The position numbers and the translations under genes were made by a program. This document shows, piece after piece, positions 15,151 to 26,302 of a DNA stretch of 64,000 nucleotides (positions are counted from its first letter, which is position 1; each line of letters begins with the position of its first letter). Source of the DNA: the human T2T-CHM13v2.0 reference genome, Homo sapiens. The stretch lies in the NCBI RefSeq assembly GCF_009914755.1, contig NC_060937.1. One strand, given 5' to 3'. The notes below the pieces were generated by a model. It saw only the letters and a list, made by a program, of their open reading frames with translations. It did not search any database and had not been told where the DNA came from.

Positions 15151-17252
15151 ATCCTTCTTGAAACAATTTCATAAGGCAACTATGGTTGTCCAAAAAGGAT
15201 TCCTTTATGTCCCCCATATGGCATATCTTCATTTTGTTTCTTTATTGATTTATTCTTTTTTCTTTTTCAACATCAATATATGGCCATAATAAAAATTTCA
15301 AGCAACACAGAAATATATAATATATACAGCTGCCTTTGTCACCTGCTTCCCAGCAATGACCAATCTTAAAAATTCAATGTGAATTATTCATTTTTTCATA
15401 ACGAGAAAGGAAGAAAAACATATGCACATTCTATGTACTCTATGCATTTACAAATATAGATGATTAATAAAGAAGCAGATATTATTCTAGATTTTGATGT
15501 TTTCCAACTAATAATATAGGTTGAGCATATTTCCATGTCAGCACATGTATATTTTCTCCATATTACAAGGTAGAAGAATACTACATTGAAATTGCATGTT
15601 AATTATAGGATGATTGGCATATTTGTATTATTGATTCTTTCTACTCAGGAATATAGTATCTTTTTAAATCTTTACTGTTTTGTTAATTTTTTTCAATCAT
15701 ATCTTTCTCAAATTTGTGAAGTTTACTCCTAAATATTTAGTTGGTTTTTTTTTCCTATTTTAAATTGTGTGTGTGTTCCTGGATTATTATTGCTGGTATT
15801 TGAAAAAGCTATTATTTTGGTATGTTTCCTTGTATCTGGCTATTTGACTGAATACTCATTACTGTTATTGGTTCTTAAGTGGTCCATCTGCATTTACTAG
15901 GAGTAGAAATATATTCTGTGCAACTAATGACAATTTAGTTTTTTCCTTCTTGGTTCACCATTTTAAAAATTTGCCAGCTCTAGATACATAATTACTCTCT
16001 GGATCTTGCTTCAGACACTTGTGCGTGCCAAGTAGCCATGGATCAGCTTCTTATAATAATAAACCATCTTGGCACCTATTGTAGGAGAAGATAAGAAATA
16101 ATACTTGAGACCAATATCAGAATAAATTTTTATATCTTAGTAGGAAACCACAAGTCTCTGTTTTTATTTAATGTATATTGTAAAAACAGCGAAAGATTCA
16201 AAGAGAACAGAGTGGAAAGCATGTGAGATTGTTTCAAACTCTGTTCCTTCCAGTCTTCATTGTGTGTCCTCACAGTATGGCATTTAATTTTTCTCCTTGT
16301 TTGTTTTCTTATCTGATGGCGAATAAACACAAAAATGGTATACATAGCAAAGAAGTTCAGTGAACACTATTTTTATTAACAAGGCATGTTTCTATCTAGG
16401 AGTATTATATGCCAAAAATTAGCATCTTACAGTGTAAAACAGTGTGTGGTTTCTAGTATTAGTGTTAAGCATTAAAAACACAGAAAAAGTTGTATATTAA
16501 AAATAAAGCAAACATTATGACAAGAACTAGAATGCAAATTTTCCAAACAGATAGAATGTTTTGAAAGGAACAAACATATAATAAACATCACTGATAAAGT
16601 CAAAGCAAGTGGTTGAGAGGTAGACAACAAGTACTTGGGAGAATGTCATATAGTTTCCAAGGGTGTTCATCTTGCTTTCAAAAACAGGCATAATTTTCAA
16701 GTTCAAGGCATTTTTTTTTTCATTTATCTTTAGCAGTTTTGAAGCATGCTTGCTATAAATATGGGTGCATGTATTTAGATATATTCTTCAGTTTCCTAAC
16801 TGTTATTACCAGGAGAGAGCTTCAAATTCATTGAAATATCCTGTACTCAGTATCATAAAAACCAGTTACAAATGTTACTCTAATGCCAACTTACTTAATC
16901 TTCATAAATAATGTATTCATTTTACCAGCTATTGCTAGATCATTTAAAAACAAATTGCCAGTGTGAAAAGAGTTACACCATTACTATCCTTTCAAAAAAT
17001 TAGTTGTATTCATTTCATCTTTAAAAATATTTTATGAAATATCTTAAACATATAAAATGTTTAGAGCATGATTTTGAAGATACCAAAGTAAATACATATG
17101 CATGCATCTTAACATTTTACCATATTTACTTCAGATTTTTAAGAAGTAAAATATAACAGATACAGTTGAAAGCACTTTGTCCCTTTTTCAATCATATTTT
17201 CTTCCCTCTCTACCCCAAGTTAACCAGTATGAGGTCAGTGATTATTCTCCAT

Positions 17253-17384
17253 CCATGCATTTTTAAATATTTTAAGAAGTATATATATATCCTTATGAAT
17301 ATTGTTTTGCACACTTAACCATGCATTTTTAAATATTTTAAGAAGTATATATATATCCTTATGAATATTGTTTTGTACACTTAA
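17253..17384. repeat. Tandem duplication, 66 bp x2 (1 mismatch)
   Basis: ccatgcatttttaaatattttaagaag...acacttaa starts at 17253 and again at 17319. Confidence 0.95.
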
Positions 17385-17491
17385 AAATATACACAAACTA
17401 CATTGTACTATTGACTTAATTTTTCATTTTCTTTTAAAATCAATGTTATATTTTTGGCATTTGTCCAGATTAACATCAGTCAATCTATTTA

Positions 17492-17535
17492 TTTTAAGTG
17501 CCCTGTAAACTATTTTTAAGTGCCCTGTAAACTAT
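17492..17535. repeat. Tandem duplication, 22 bp x2
   Basis: ttttaagtgccctgtaaactat occurs twice in succession. Confidence 0.9.
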
Positions 17536-17639
17536 TCTATTGAATAAATATATATTCCTGTGTTCTGTTATTAATGGGCATTTGTTTAGATTATTTCCTT
17601 TTGAGATATACACTGTTACATGTGCAGGCTTTCTCTAGA

Positions 17640-17800
17640 GTGGTGCTTCATAAACTTTAATTTGCATGTAGAACCACCCAAGACACCAGTTAAACTGCAG
17701 ATCTTGATTCAGTAGATCTTGAGTGGATCCTGAGATTACGCATTTTTTAAAAGTTTCTTAGTCATGCCTCTGCTGCTTGTCCCCTGAACACAAAACATAC
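17640..17800. mobile_element. MER5A-like hAT-Charlie fossil
   Basis: 'gattcagtagatcttgagtggatcctgagattacgcatt' resembles the MER5A core. Confidence 0.65.
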
Positions 17801-17887
17801 TAGCAGGCAGCAAGTCACTATCATATACATGTGAAGTATACCCCTTCATAGGTATACTTAAGTACCATGTGAATGTGTATATACACG

Positions 17888-17991
17888 TTCATAGGTATAC
17901 TTCACATGTGAATGTGTGTGTACATTCACCTGGTGCTGAAGTGGGTATACTTTATACACATACACATTCACATGTGAAGTATACCTATGAA
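17888..17991. repeat. Perfect 30-bp inverted repeat with 44-bp spacer
   Basis: ttcataggtatacttcacatgtgaatgtgt (17888-17917) is the reverse complement of 17962-17991. Confidence 0.95.
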
Positions 17992-18059
17992 GTGGGTATG
18001 GTAGGCTGGTTCTTTCAACACTTCTCAAAGCCCATTACATTTGGCTATCTTAAGGTTGA

Positions 18060-18372
18060 AAAGCAAACTACTCTGAACCCCAATCCCTTTTTCAGCTATC
18101 TATGAGATAGTTCTGGCCAATGCAGTACAAGCATAAACTGCTGATGCCAGTTCAATTGTCCCAACTTTTTTCTTGTCCAGAATTGTGATGATCCTGGAGG
18201 TGCAGCAGCCGCACATTAAGGAAGGCAGAGTGACAGAGTGGGTCTGATCCCTTGAGGCCATTGTTAGCCTCTGCTCCAGTCCTGGGATGCCTGCCCAGAT
18301 AATTTTTATTTTCATGTCTGAGATAAACCTCTTTCTTGATTAAGCCATTGTAATCTGGTTTACAGTTACTTA
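18060..18372 (+). mobile_element. Old ERVL/MaLR LTR fragment (MLT1I/J or LTR33-like)
   Basis: 'agttctggccaatg', 'gtgcagcagcc', 'ataaacctctttcttgattaagccattg'. Confidence 0.55.
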
Positions 18373-18459
18373 TACCACTGTTTCATTTTAATGTAGTGAG
18401 ATGGTGAGGGTGCAGGTGGAAGATGGGGTGGCGGCCGGATTCATTTTAATGATACAGTG

Positions 18460-19922
18460 CCTCTTCAGTTTTTTTAGATATTGCAAATTGCTCACAAAAT
18501 GCTATTTTACTCTTTCATCAGGAACATGAGATAATTTCAAGTTTTATTTTTCTACGTCTTTGCTGGTTCTTGTCACTTTCAACCATTTTAAAGTTCTTGC
18601 CCGTTCAATAGTGAGAATGGCATCTAATTGTGTTTTAATTTTCATTTCTGTGATTACTAGCTACGTTAAACAGATTTTCTGTGCTCACTGCTCATTCAGA
18701 TATCCTCTGTGTTAATCGTTTTTATTGTAAATTTTCTCATTGGGTTGTCATTTTATTATGGGTTTATTTTTATTGGAGATGTTCTTATCAAATAATTTAT
18801 TGCTGGGTTTTATGTATACCCAGTAGAAAATATCTTCTTTTAGATCATGATTGGTCTTTTCACTTTGTTTATCATGTCTCTAGTTAGACAAAGTTTAAAT
18901 TAATTATGATCAAATTTATAAATATTTTTCTGTACATTTTGTGCTCTTTGTATCTTTAAGATGTCATTGCTTATTCTGAGATCATATCTTCTTTTTTTTT
19001 TACAGTTTTAGCATTTTGCTTTTTACATTTAAATTACATTCTATCTGGAATGAAGTTTTGTGGTTTAATGTGTGGAAAGAATCCAATTTCATATTTTTCA
19101 TACAAACAACCAGTCATCTTCCACTATATCATAAGTATAAATGAAATAACACTCAAAAATTTATTTCTGCAAAAAAATGTGCAGAAATGAGGTAATATCA
19201 GATGGTTATTAAAAATCTATTAGAAATATTTGAAAAATATTAATATTGAGAACAAAACCCAGGATAAACTCTAGAGTATTTAGCACTATGGTCCGTCATG
19301 TTAATTAGACCTAATGGCAGAGACAAATACAATATTTGCTTTGGAAAGATGCACATGTGCCAGAAAATAAGAGTTAAAGTCCTCAAAAACAGAAGCTCCA
19401 GTGAGATGTTTAGTATTTAAATAGGCTTTGGCATGCCAGGATATCATTTTAAGCCAGTGGTTCTCAAGCTTATATGTTCATTAGAATCATCCTCAGATAA
19501 ACAGATCTAAGTTGAAGTTCAAGAATTTGTAGTTCTAAAAAATTTCCAAGTAATGTAAAGCCACACCACTTGCATCAGAAATCAAGTCAAAAAGCAGCTC
19601 CTTGTAATATATTAAGCACTAGCTGAGGCTGAATGCCTGACTATGTGACATCAGTGAGAGGATATTATTACAAAGAAACTTAAGGTCAGATGGATACAAC
19701 AATAAAGAAGAGTTCATTCTTTACTGCTTTATAAGCCAAATTTGTCATTTAATATATATATTATATATATTATATTTTATATATATATAATATATATATA
19801 TATATGTATGCTATCTTCTCAGTCCTTTAAGGGTAGTATACCACCTTAATATCAGGTAGAGTGAGTCTTCTCACATTTATTCTTAAAGATCTACTTCACA
19901 ATTTATGCCTTTTTGTTTTCCA
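18460..19922 (-). mobile_element. Old L1M ORF2/3' fragment interrupted by the left arm of the inverted duplication
   Basis: Degenerate L1 motifs before the arm ('aatggcatctaattgtgttttaattttcatttctgtgattac', 'aatccaatttcatattt...ccagtc') and after it ('aatatcaggtagagtgagtcttc'). Confidence 0.6.
19126..19705. repeat. Inverted duplication, left arm (580 bp)
   Basis: Reverse complement of 21215-21794. By manual comparison there are 4 transitions and no indels. Confidence 0.97.
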
Positions 19923-19924
19923 AG

Positions 19925-21350
19925 TAGGTCTCTGGGATGAATGGTTAGAGAGACCAACCTTGTTTCCAAAACATGGTTCCCAGACCTGAGCATTCTAGCT
20001 GCTGAGAATCTATCACTGTATATGAACTATTGGTTCAATGTGTACGCTGGAAAATAGAACTTCAAACTTACCATATATATTAATCTCTGCTGTTTCTTAG
20101 TGGTGACTGTCGTATCCATTCCATCATTCTATGAGGAAAGTCAGGTGTTTGTGATGCAATATATTGTAAAAGATGTGAGTTCTATGATTAGGAGCTCATT
20201 GTCACACCTCTTTTGCCACAAAATTGATCCTCTGTTATGACGTAATGAAGTATAGAACCCTATGCCATTAAATCAGGGATTCTCTTTGTCCTAAGATAGT
20301 AATGCTTGCAGAGGCACTGCAGCAGGCAAAGAAGATAAACCCCTATCTGAGGTATGTGCCATTTCCAGCAAGAATAAATTGCTGTACCTTCCAGGATGGA
20401 AAGGGTCCAATATATTCAACTTGACACCAAGAGGTCTTTTTGAGGAATAGTGCCAAGATAAAGGATTCAGAGTCGTTCTCTTCTGTTGGCAGGTTTATAG
20501 GTGGTGAAGGGAAACAATTTCTTAAGCCCATACATAGTTTACAGCTGTGCTACCATGTACACTCTCTTCTTGGACCCATGGTGGAAACACTGGAGTTGAC
20601 GAGAAGCGAGGCTGGTGGACGTCTGCTAGGAAGATAACCCTGTCCGCCTTGTTGTTAAGAGTCTCTAACATTGCTCTCTAGTGAGTATTAATGTGAGACA
20701 CAAAGATGTGTGTATTTTGCAACCAATGTCAGTACTATTCACTTGACTCTTTGCTAAACTGTTTGACTCTAATTTTCCTATGTTTGTCTTTATATATCTG
20801 GAGCAAATAGGCCATTCATGCCTGCCTAGGAGTTGGTGTAAATCTATACTTGCACTCATCCCCATCTTTCCAAAGTAAATAACCAAGTGCATGGCATTGA
20901 GCTCTTCCCATTAGGAGAGTATTTCCTTCTGCTGCTTTATACGGGGCCAGCCCTGAAAAAGATTGTAGTTTGGAAGCAGTCCATTTTCCTCTAATAACAA
21001 CTTATTTGCCCATAAATCAGAGCTGAATTTGTATCCACCTTTGTCAGTGGGTCTTAGGGAACCCTCCAGAAGATCAGTTGTAAAATTGAGGACGAGGCAG
21101 AAATGAAACAAAGTAGATGAAAATTAAGCCTTGGCCTCTTGTTCATGTACCTTGTTACGTTCTCTGAATCTTCTAGGGCTATTTGTAAGTGTATCATTTC
21201 CATGGCATCATGAATTATTGTTGTATCCGTCTGACCTTAAGTTTCTTTGTAATAATATCCTCTCATTGATGTCACATAGTCAGGCATTCAGCCTCAGCTA
21301 GTGCTTAATATATTACAAGGAGCTGCTTTTTGACTTGATTTCTGATGCAG
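19925..21350 (-). mobile_element. Degenerate ERVL-class internal (pol-region) sequence
   Basis: 'ccttccaggatggaaagggtccaatatattcaacttg', 'ccatggtggaaacac', 'ccagccctgaaaaag' resemble HERVL/HERV16-type internal sequence. No intact ORF. Confidence 0.6.
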
Positions 21351-21794
21351 GTGGTGTGGCTTTACATTACTTGGAAATTTTTTAGAACTACAAATTCTTG
21401 AACTTCAACTTAGATCTGTTTATCTGAGGATGATTCTAATGAACATATAAGCTTGAGAACCACTGGCTTAAAATGATATCCTGGCATGCCAAAGCCTATT
21501 TAAATACTAAACATCTCACTGGAGCTTCTGTTTTTGAGGACTTTAACTCTTATTTTCTGGCACATGTGCATCTTTCCAAAGCAAATATTGTATTTGTCTC
21601 TGCCATTAGGTCTAATTAACATGACGGACCATAGTGCTAAATACTCTAGAGTTTATCCTGGGTTTTGTTCTCAATATTAATATTTTTCAAATATTTCTAA
21701 TGGATTTTTAATAACCATCTGATATTACCTCATTTCTGCACATTTTTTTGCAGAAATAAATTTTTGAGTGTTATTTCATTTATACTTATGATAT
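21215..21794. repeat. Inverted duplication, right arm (580 bp)
   Basis: Reverse complement of 19126-19705. Confidence 0.97.
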
Positions 21795-22090
21795 TAAAAG
21801 TAATTTTTATTTTTTTGCATATTATCACATTATTCTTATTTCATCTGAAGAAATTCATTTCAAATACTGTTTTATTCTCTAATCTTTGTGCTAATTGAAA
21901 TTTCAACTTTTTAGGTCATCTTGAGTGGTATATGGCAGGGACAAGAGCAGTGATTCATTCTCTTTCTGTCTCTTTCTCATAACCCATCTTGCATATTTTT
22001 GAATGCCTTCACTTAACTCATGAAACCCCCAATCCAGAGTCAATTCTCACAATATCAGCTTGGAGCTCCTTTCTACAATGATAGATGGTA

Positions 22091-22470
22091 GTGTGGTCTG
22101 AATGTTTATGTCCTCCACAAAATCCATAAGTTAAAATCCTGACCCTCAAGGTGATGGTATTAGGAGGTGGGCCCTTGGGAAGTAATTAGGTCATAAGGAT
22201 GGATTCCTTATGAATGGAATTAGTACCTGATAAAAGAGATCCTAGAGAGCTCTGGCACCTATCTTACCATGTAAGGTTAGAGTGAGAAAAAGACTGTCTA
22301 TAATTCAAATGCAGGCCCTCATCAGACACTGAATTTGCCTTGAACTTCCCAACCTCCAAAACTGAGAAATAAGTTTGTTGTTTATAAGCTACCAAAACTC
22401 TGAGAAATAAGTTTATGCTATTTATAAGCTACCTATTTTATTTATGGCAGCCTGTATGGACTAAGGCACA
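22091..22470 (+). mobile_element. MLT1A-type MaLR LTR
   Basis: 'tggtctgaatgtttatgtcc...aaggtgatggtattaggaggtggg...gactaaggca', with an internal ~38-bp tandem duplication near 22357-22433. Confidence 0.85.
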
Positions 22471-22624
22471 CTAGGCGTATTGCAAATCCAGATCTCAAAT
22501 CAGAGGTGGACTGTTTTAGACCCTGGTCTTAAATTGAGCCTTTACCTATATACTCCCCAGAACCTTAATTTCAAATAAGCCATAACTTTGGGCCTTATTT
22601 TATGTTAACTTATATGCATTTTAT

Positions 22625-22704
22625 ATCTATCATCTATCTGTCTATCCATCTATCTATCTATCTATCATCTATCTGTCTATCTGTCTATCTATCTGTCTAT
22701 CTGT
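22625..22704. repeat. (TATC/TGTC)n tetranucleotide repeat
   Basis: Visible tatc/tctg array. Confidence 0.9.
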
Positions 22705-23328
22705 CACACATTTTTTTAAGGTGGCAAGGTGTAAGAGAAATAAAAATTTCAAAGTGTCAATTTATAAATCATTGTAAATAGAAACTCCATATTTTATTTT
22801 TCTCTTTTTTTAATGTCTAAAATTAAACTTTTAAGCAAAGCAGAAAGCATTTCACAATGAAGAAATAACAAATTGATACTAGCTGATACACCTAGAATAT
22901 TTTACCAAAGTATAACATTAATAATATGTAGGTAATCCTAGATAATATAACTCCAGGAGACTTCCTCTTCCTTCAGAACTATAAAGCAGGGGAAATTATT
23001 TTAGCGAGATAACATCCTGCACAATGGCCAGGCAGTAGCTGGGAATTACATTAATATGTATTAGCTCTGCATGAAATTGTATTTTCTTCAGTATTTCCTT
23101 ATTATCTAACAGATCAAGTCCAAACATCTGCACTTTTTCAATATTTTCCATGAGCCATCTACTCCTTCTTAGCCAAACATTTATCAAATTATTCCATGAC
23201 ATTTCATCAGGCCGTATTCCTCCTTTCTTCTAAAGACAAGGCATACTCATTGCTAACGTAACAGCTTTGCTTATTCTGGCCTGTTTTTCCATGGTATTCT
23301 CTAACACCTTTTCTTTATCTATCTGTAT

Positions 23329-23330
<2 letters not shown>

Positions 23331-23362
<32 letters not shown>

Positions 23363-23557
23363 AGACGGAGTCTCGCTGTCGCCCAGGCTGGAGTGCAGTG
23401 GCGCAATCTCGGCTCACTGCAGGCTCCGCCCCCTGGGGTTCACGCCATTCTCCTGCCTCAGCCTCCCGAGTAGCTGGGACTACAGGCGCCCGCCACCTCG
23501 CCCGGCTAATTTTTTTGTATTTTTAGTAGAGACGGGGTTTCACCGTGTTAGCCAGGA
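23331..23557 (-). mobile_element. Young 5'-truncated AluY (AluYe-lineage-like)
   Basis: Pure ~32-nt poly(T), intact CpGs and a perfect TSD tatctatctgtattctt (23316, 23558). Variant motifs ctcgctgtcgccc, gcaggctccgccccctgggg and ccacctcgcccg. Confidence 0.93.
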
Positions 23558-24841
23558 TATCTATCTGTATTCTTAACATCCTTTATGAACCAGATCAACT
23601 TCAATCTTCTGCAGAAAGCCCTCAAACATTTCAGGAGTTTTACAGTAAGTTGGTCCATTCCATTTGAATTACATCCTATTTTTCTCTTAAGTTATTATTG
23701 TTCATACTTTAATGCTGTATATGTTGGCATGTGACTTGAACTTTAAGCTCTTTGAGCAGAAAGCCTGTGTCCTATATTTATTTGGATATTCCACAGTACA
23801 TGGCCAAATGCAGAACATGTCACTGACTGGCTGATTTGACGAGAGGTCTAGGGATACAATCATCACTTGCGTATCACTTTTTTCACTCCAGGCGACCTCA
23901 CTTTGACCTGCCTCACCTTAACCTGCCCATTTTTCTTTTCAGACATGTCTGTGGAGTTTTTGCTGGGAATAATTGAAAAGAAAGACTAAATGTGCAGCCC
24001 TTTCATTGGAGACGATTGTTCATTCTCTACCCCCATCCTCATACCTACATTTTTTAAAAATCATATCTAAAGATATGTGGTTCTGCAGACTTTTCTTTCT
24101 AAGCATTCTATATATCAATTGTCAATCAATTGTCAAGCATTCACTGGTTCCTTGGCTCAAACTCTAAATTTTGCCAAGTATTTTACATATCTATTATACA
24201 GGGAACAGAGTAAAAATAGTTAACACAGAAGTCAATGTTATACAATTAAAACATATTTATAAGAATAATCCATCCAATAAAAATAAGCTTATCAGTATCA
24301 TACCTGCATATTTTCTATGAATTATTCTATTTTAATGAAAAAGATTAATAGATTATATAGCACTCAATGGCAAAAGTACGGCATATTAAGCTTAGAAGAA
24401 TCAAGAGAATGTGGAGAAAATAATATTTAGTTCAAAATTTAATTTACCTTATACTCTTTAACAAACAAATCCACTGGAATATTTTCTATATGACTTGTGT
24501 CCTTGTAAATTTTTAAGATTTGCAAAAACAAAGAAATTCAATGAATTACAGGCAATTTATATAATGGTGTTACAGTTTTTGCAACGTAAGCAAGCAGTGA
24601 TAAAAATGCATTATCTTCCTCATTATGTCGATTTAATGTATTAGTTTGTAGCATATGGCATGTGAGCCTCATGATAGGAGAACGAGCTTAGGTTTTTTAT
24701 TCCATCTACCAATAGGTGCCAGCATTCATTCAGTTCCCTCCAGGCATGGTAATTGTTCACATAACAGCAGGATGTGCATCTAGACTCATGGCAATGGCTG
24801 AGAAATTGAGTTCATCTTACATTTTTTCCTCACCAGCTTTT

Positions 24842-24911
24842 TTTTTTTTTTTAGATTTCTTTTACTTGGAAGTTTTTTTTTTATTATACTTTAAGTTTTA
24901 GGGTACATGTG
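24842..24911 (-). mobile_element. Ultra-truncated young L1PA 3' terminus with two poly(A) tracts
   Basis: ttattatactttaagttttagggtacatgtg is the L1PA terminus. TSD caccagctttt at 24831 and 24912. Confidence 0.9.
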
Positions 24912-26049
24912 CACCAGCTTTTATTGCACTGTGTATTTCAGAGTAGTGACTTGATTTTTATGCAATTTAATTCTCTTCCTGTGAGCATCATCTTTGAGAA
25001 ATTATGATCTTTCAGTTCATTCTTCATTCAATAATGTGTTTATGTGTTCTCTATACAGCATTATTTTGATACCAACTATTCTGTCAAATATTCCAGAATG
25101 AATCAATTTATATAAACTAAGCCAAATAAATCAGTCTTGAGAAATACACCATCAATTCCATTACACAAAATGAAGCATATGAAACACTGTATTTTTAGTG
25201 AAAAGTAGATCAACTGTAGACACTAAAGTATACATTACTAGTATATCAGTCCCCTATTTTGGTACATATCCCTTCTAACTGGCTCTTTTTAGGGCAGTGA
25301 TTGCCATAATATAATTTAGTTTCTGATAGAGATCTGCGCTATAAAAGGAATGATGGAGTGCCTAATGACTAAGGTTGTTTCAGGTAAGGCATCCCAGAAG
25401 ACATCTCATACCACCAGAAGATAGCGTTAACATATCTAAAAGATCAGAGTGATAGAAGGAAAGGAGGATTTTCTAGGAATAAAAAAGAGGTCATCAAATC
25501 AGCAGCTGTATGGTTAATCCTAAAAAGACAGTATCAATTATATTACTGTCGCCATGTTGCATATCAAAACAAACTCCTGGTGAATTCATTTATATCATAC
25601 AATCATTTTTTTTGTTTGTTTGTTTTTAGAGCCAACAGCAAAAATCCACCCTGACTGTCTTAGGCAGAAAATAAATACATTTTGGAAGGATGTTAGATGG
25701 TTCTCAGAAACCACAGAAGGATGGAGAACCTGACTCAGATGATAGGCAGAAACCGGGAGACACAGGGCTGTAGGAATCAGAGCCAGGGTCACACCCCAGG
25801 GATGGCATCTTTTGCCAGCATCATTGGTGTGCCTCCCGCCCCATCCTCTGCTCTAGCACCAGAGTCCCCACCACAACCTCCAGACACTGAGGCTAGGAAA
25901 ACAAACTGAGATCTCCCCCTTCCCTTTGGAGCCACTTTTTCTAGATTTAAAGCCTTGGGCAAGAGATTAAGTGTCTCTAATTTTAGATCATTTGCTCACA
26001 ACTAACCACTGTGGGCTGCTGAGAGTGCCAGATACCAGTTTGTTATAGG

Positions 26050-26302
26050 TATAAACATACAGTTAGGTAGAAGAAATAGGTTCTAATATTTAACAGCAGA
26101 CTAAGGTGACTATACTGACAATAATGTGTATATTTCAAAGTAACTAGAATAGAGGCCTTGAAATAATTCCAACTAATACAAATGATAAGCACTCAAGATA
26201 CCCCAAACACCCTGACTTGATCATTACACATTCTATGTGTGCAACAAATACATGTGCTTCATAAATGTGTAAATTGTTATATATTAATACAAGAGAAAAA
26301 AA
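26050..26302 (+). mobile_element. L1MA 3' end fragment
   Basis: 'acatacagttaggtagaagaaatagg...ccctgacttgatcattacacattctatg' followed by an A-rich tail. Confidence 0.8.

Noticed and set aside
17822-18000. CRISPR-like repeat-spacer array
   Set aside because: The repeats are irregular, overlapping and in mixed orientation, in primate DNA with no cas genes.
19126-21794. Inverted arms as terminal inverted repeats of a DNA transposon
   Set aside because: There is no TSD and no transposase remnant. The arms consist of unrelated old repeat fragments, and one arm is collinear with the spacer.
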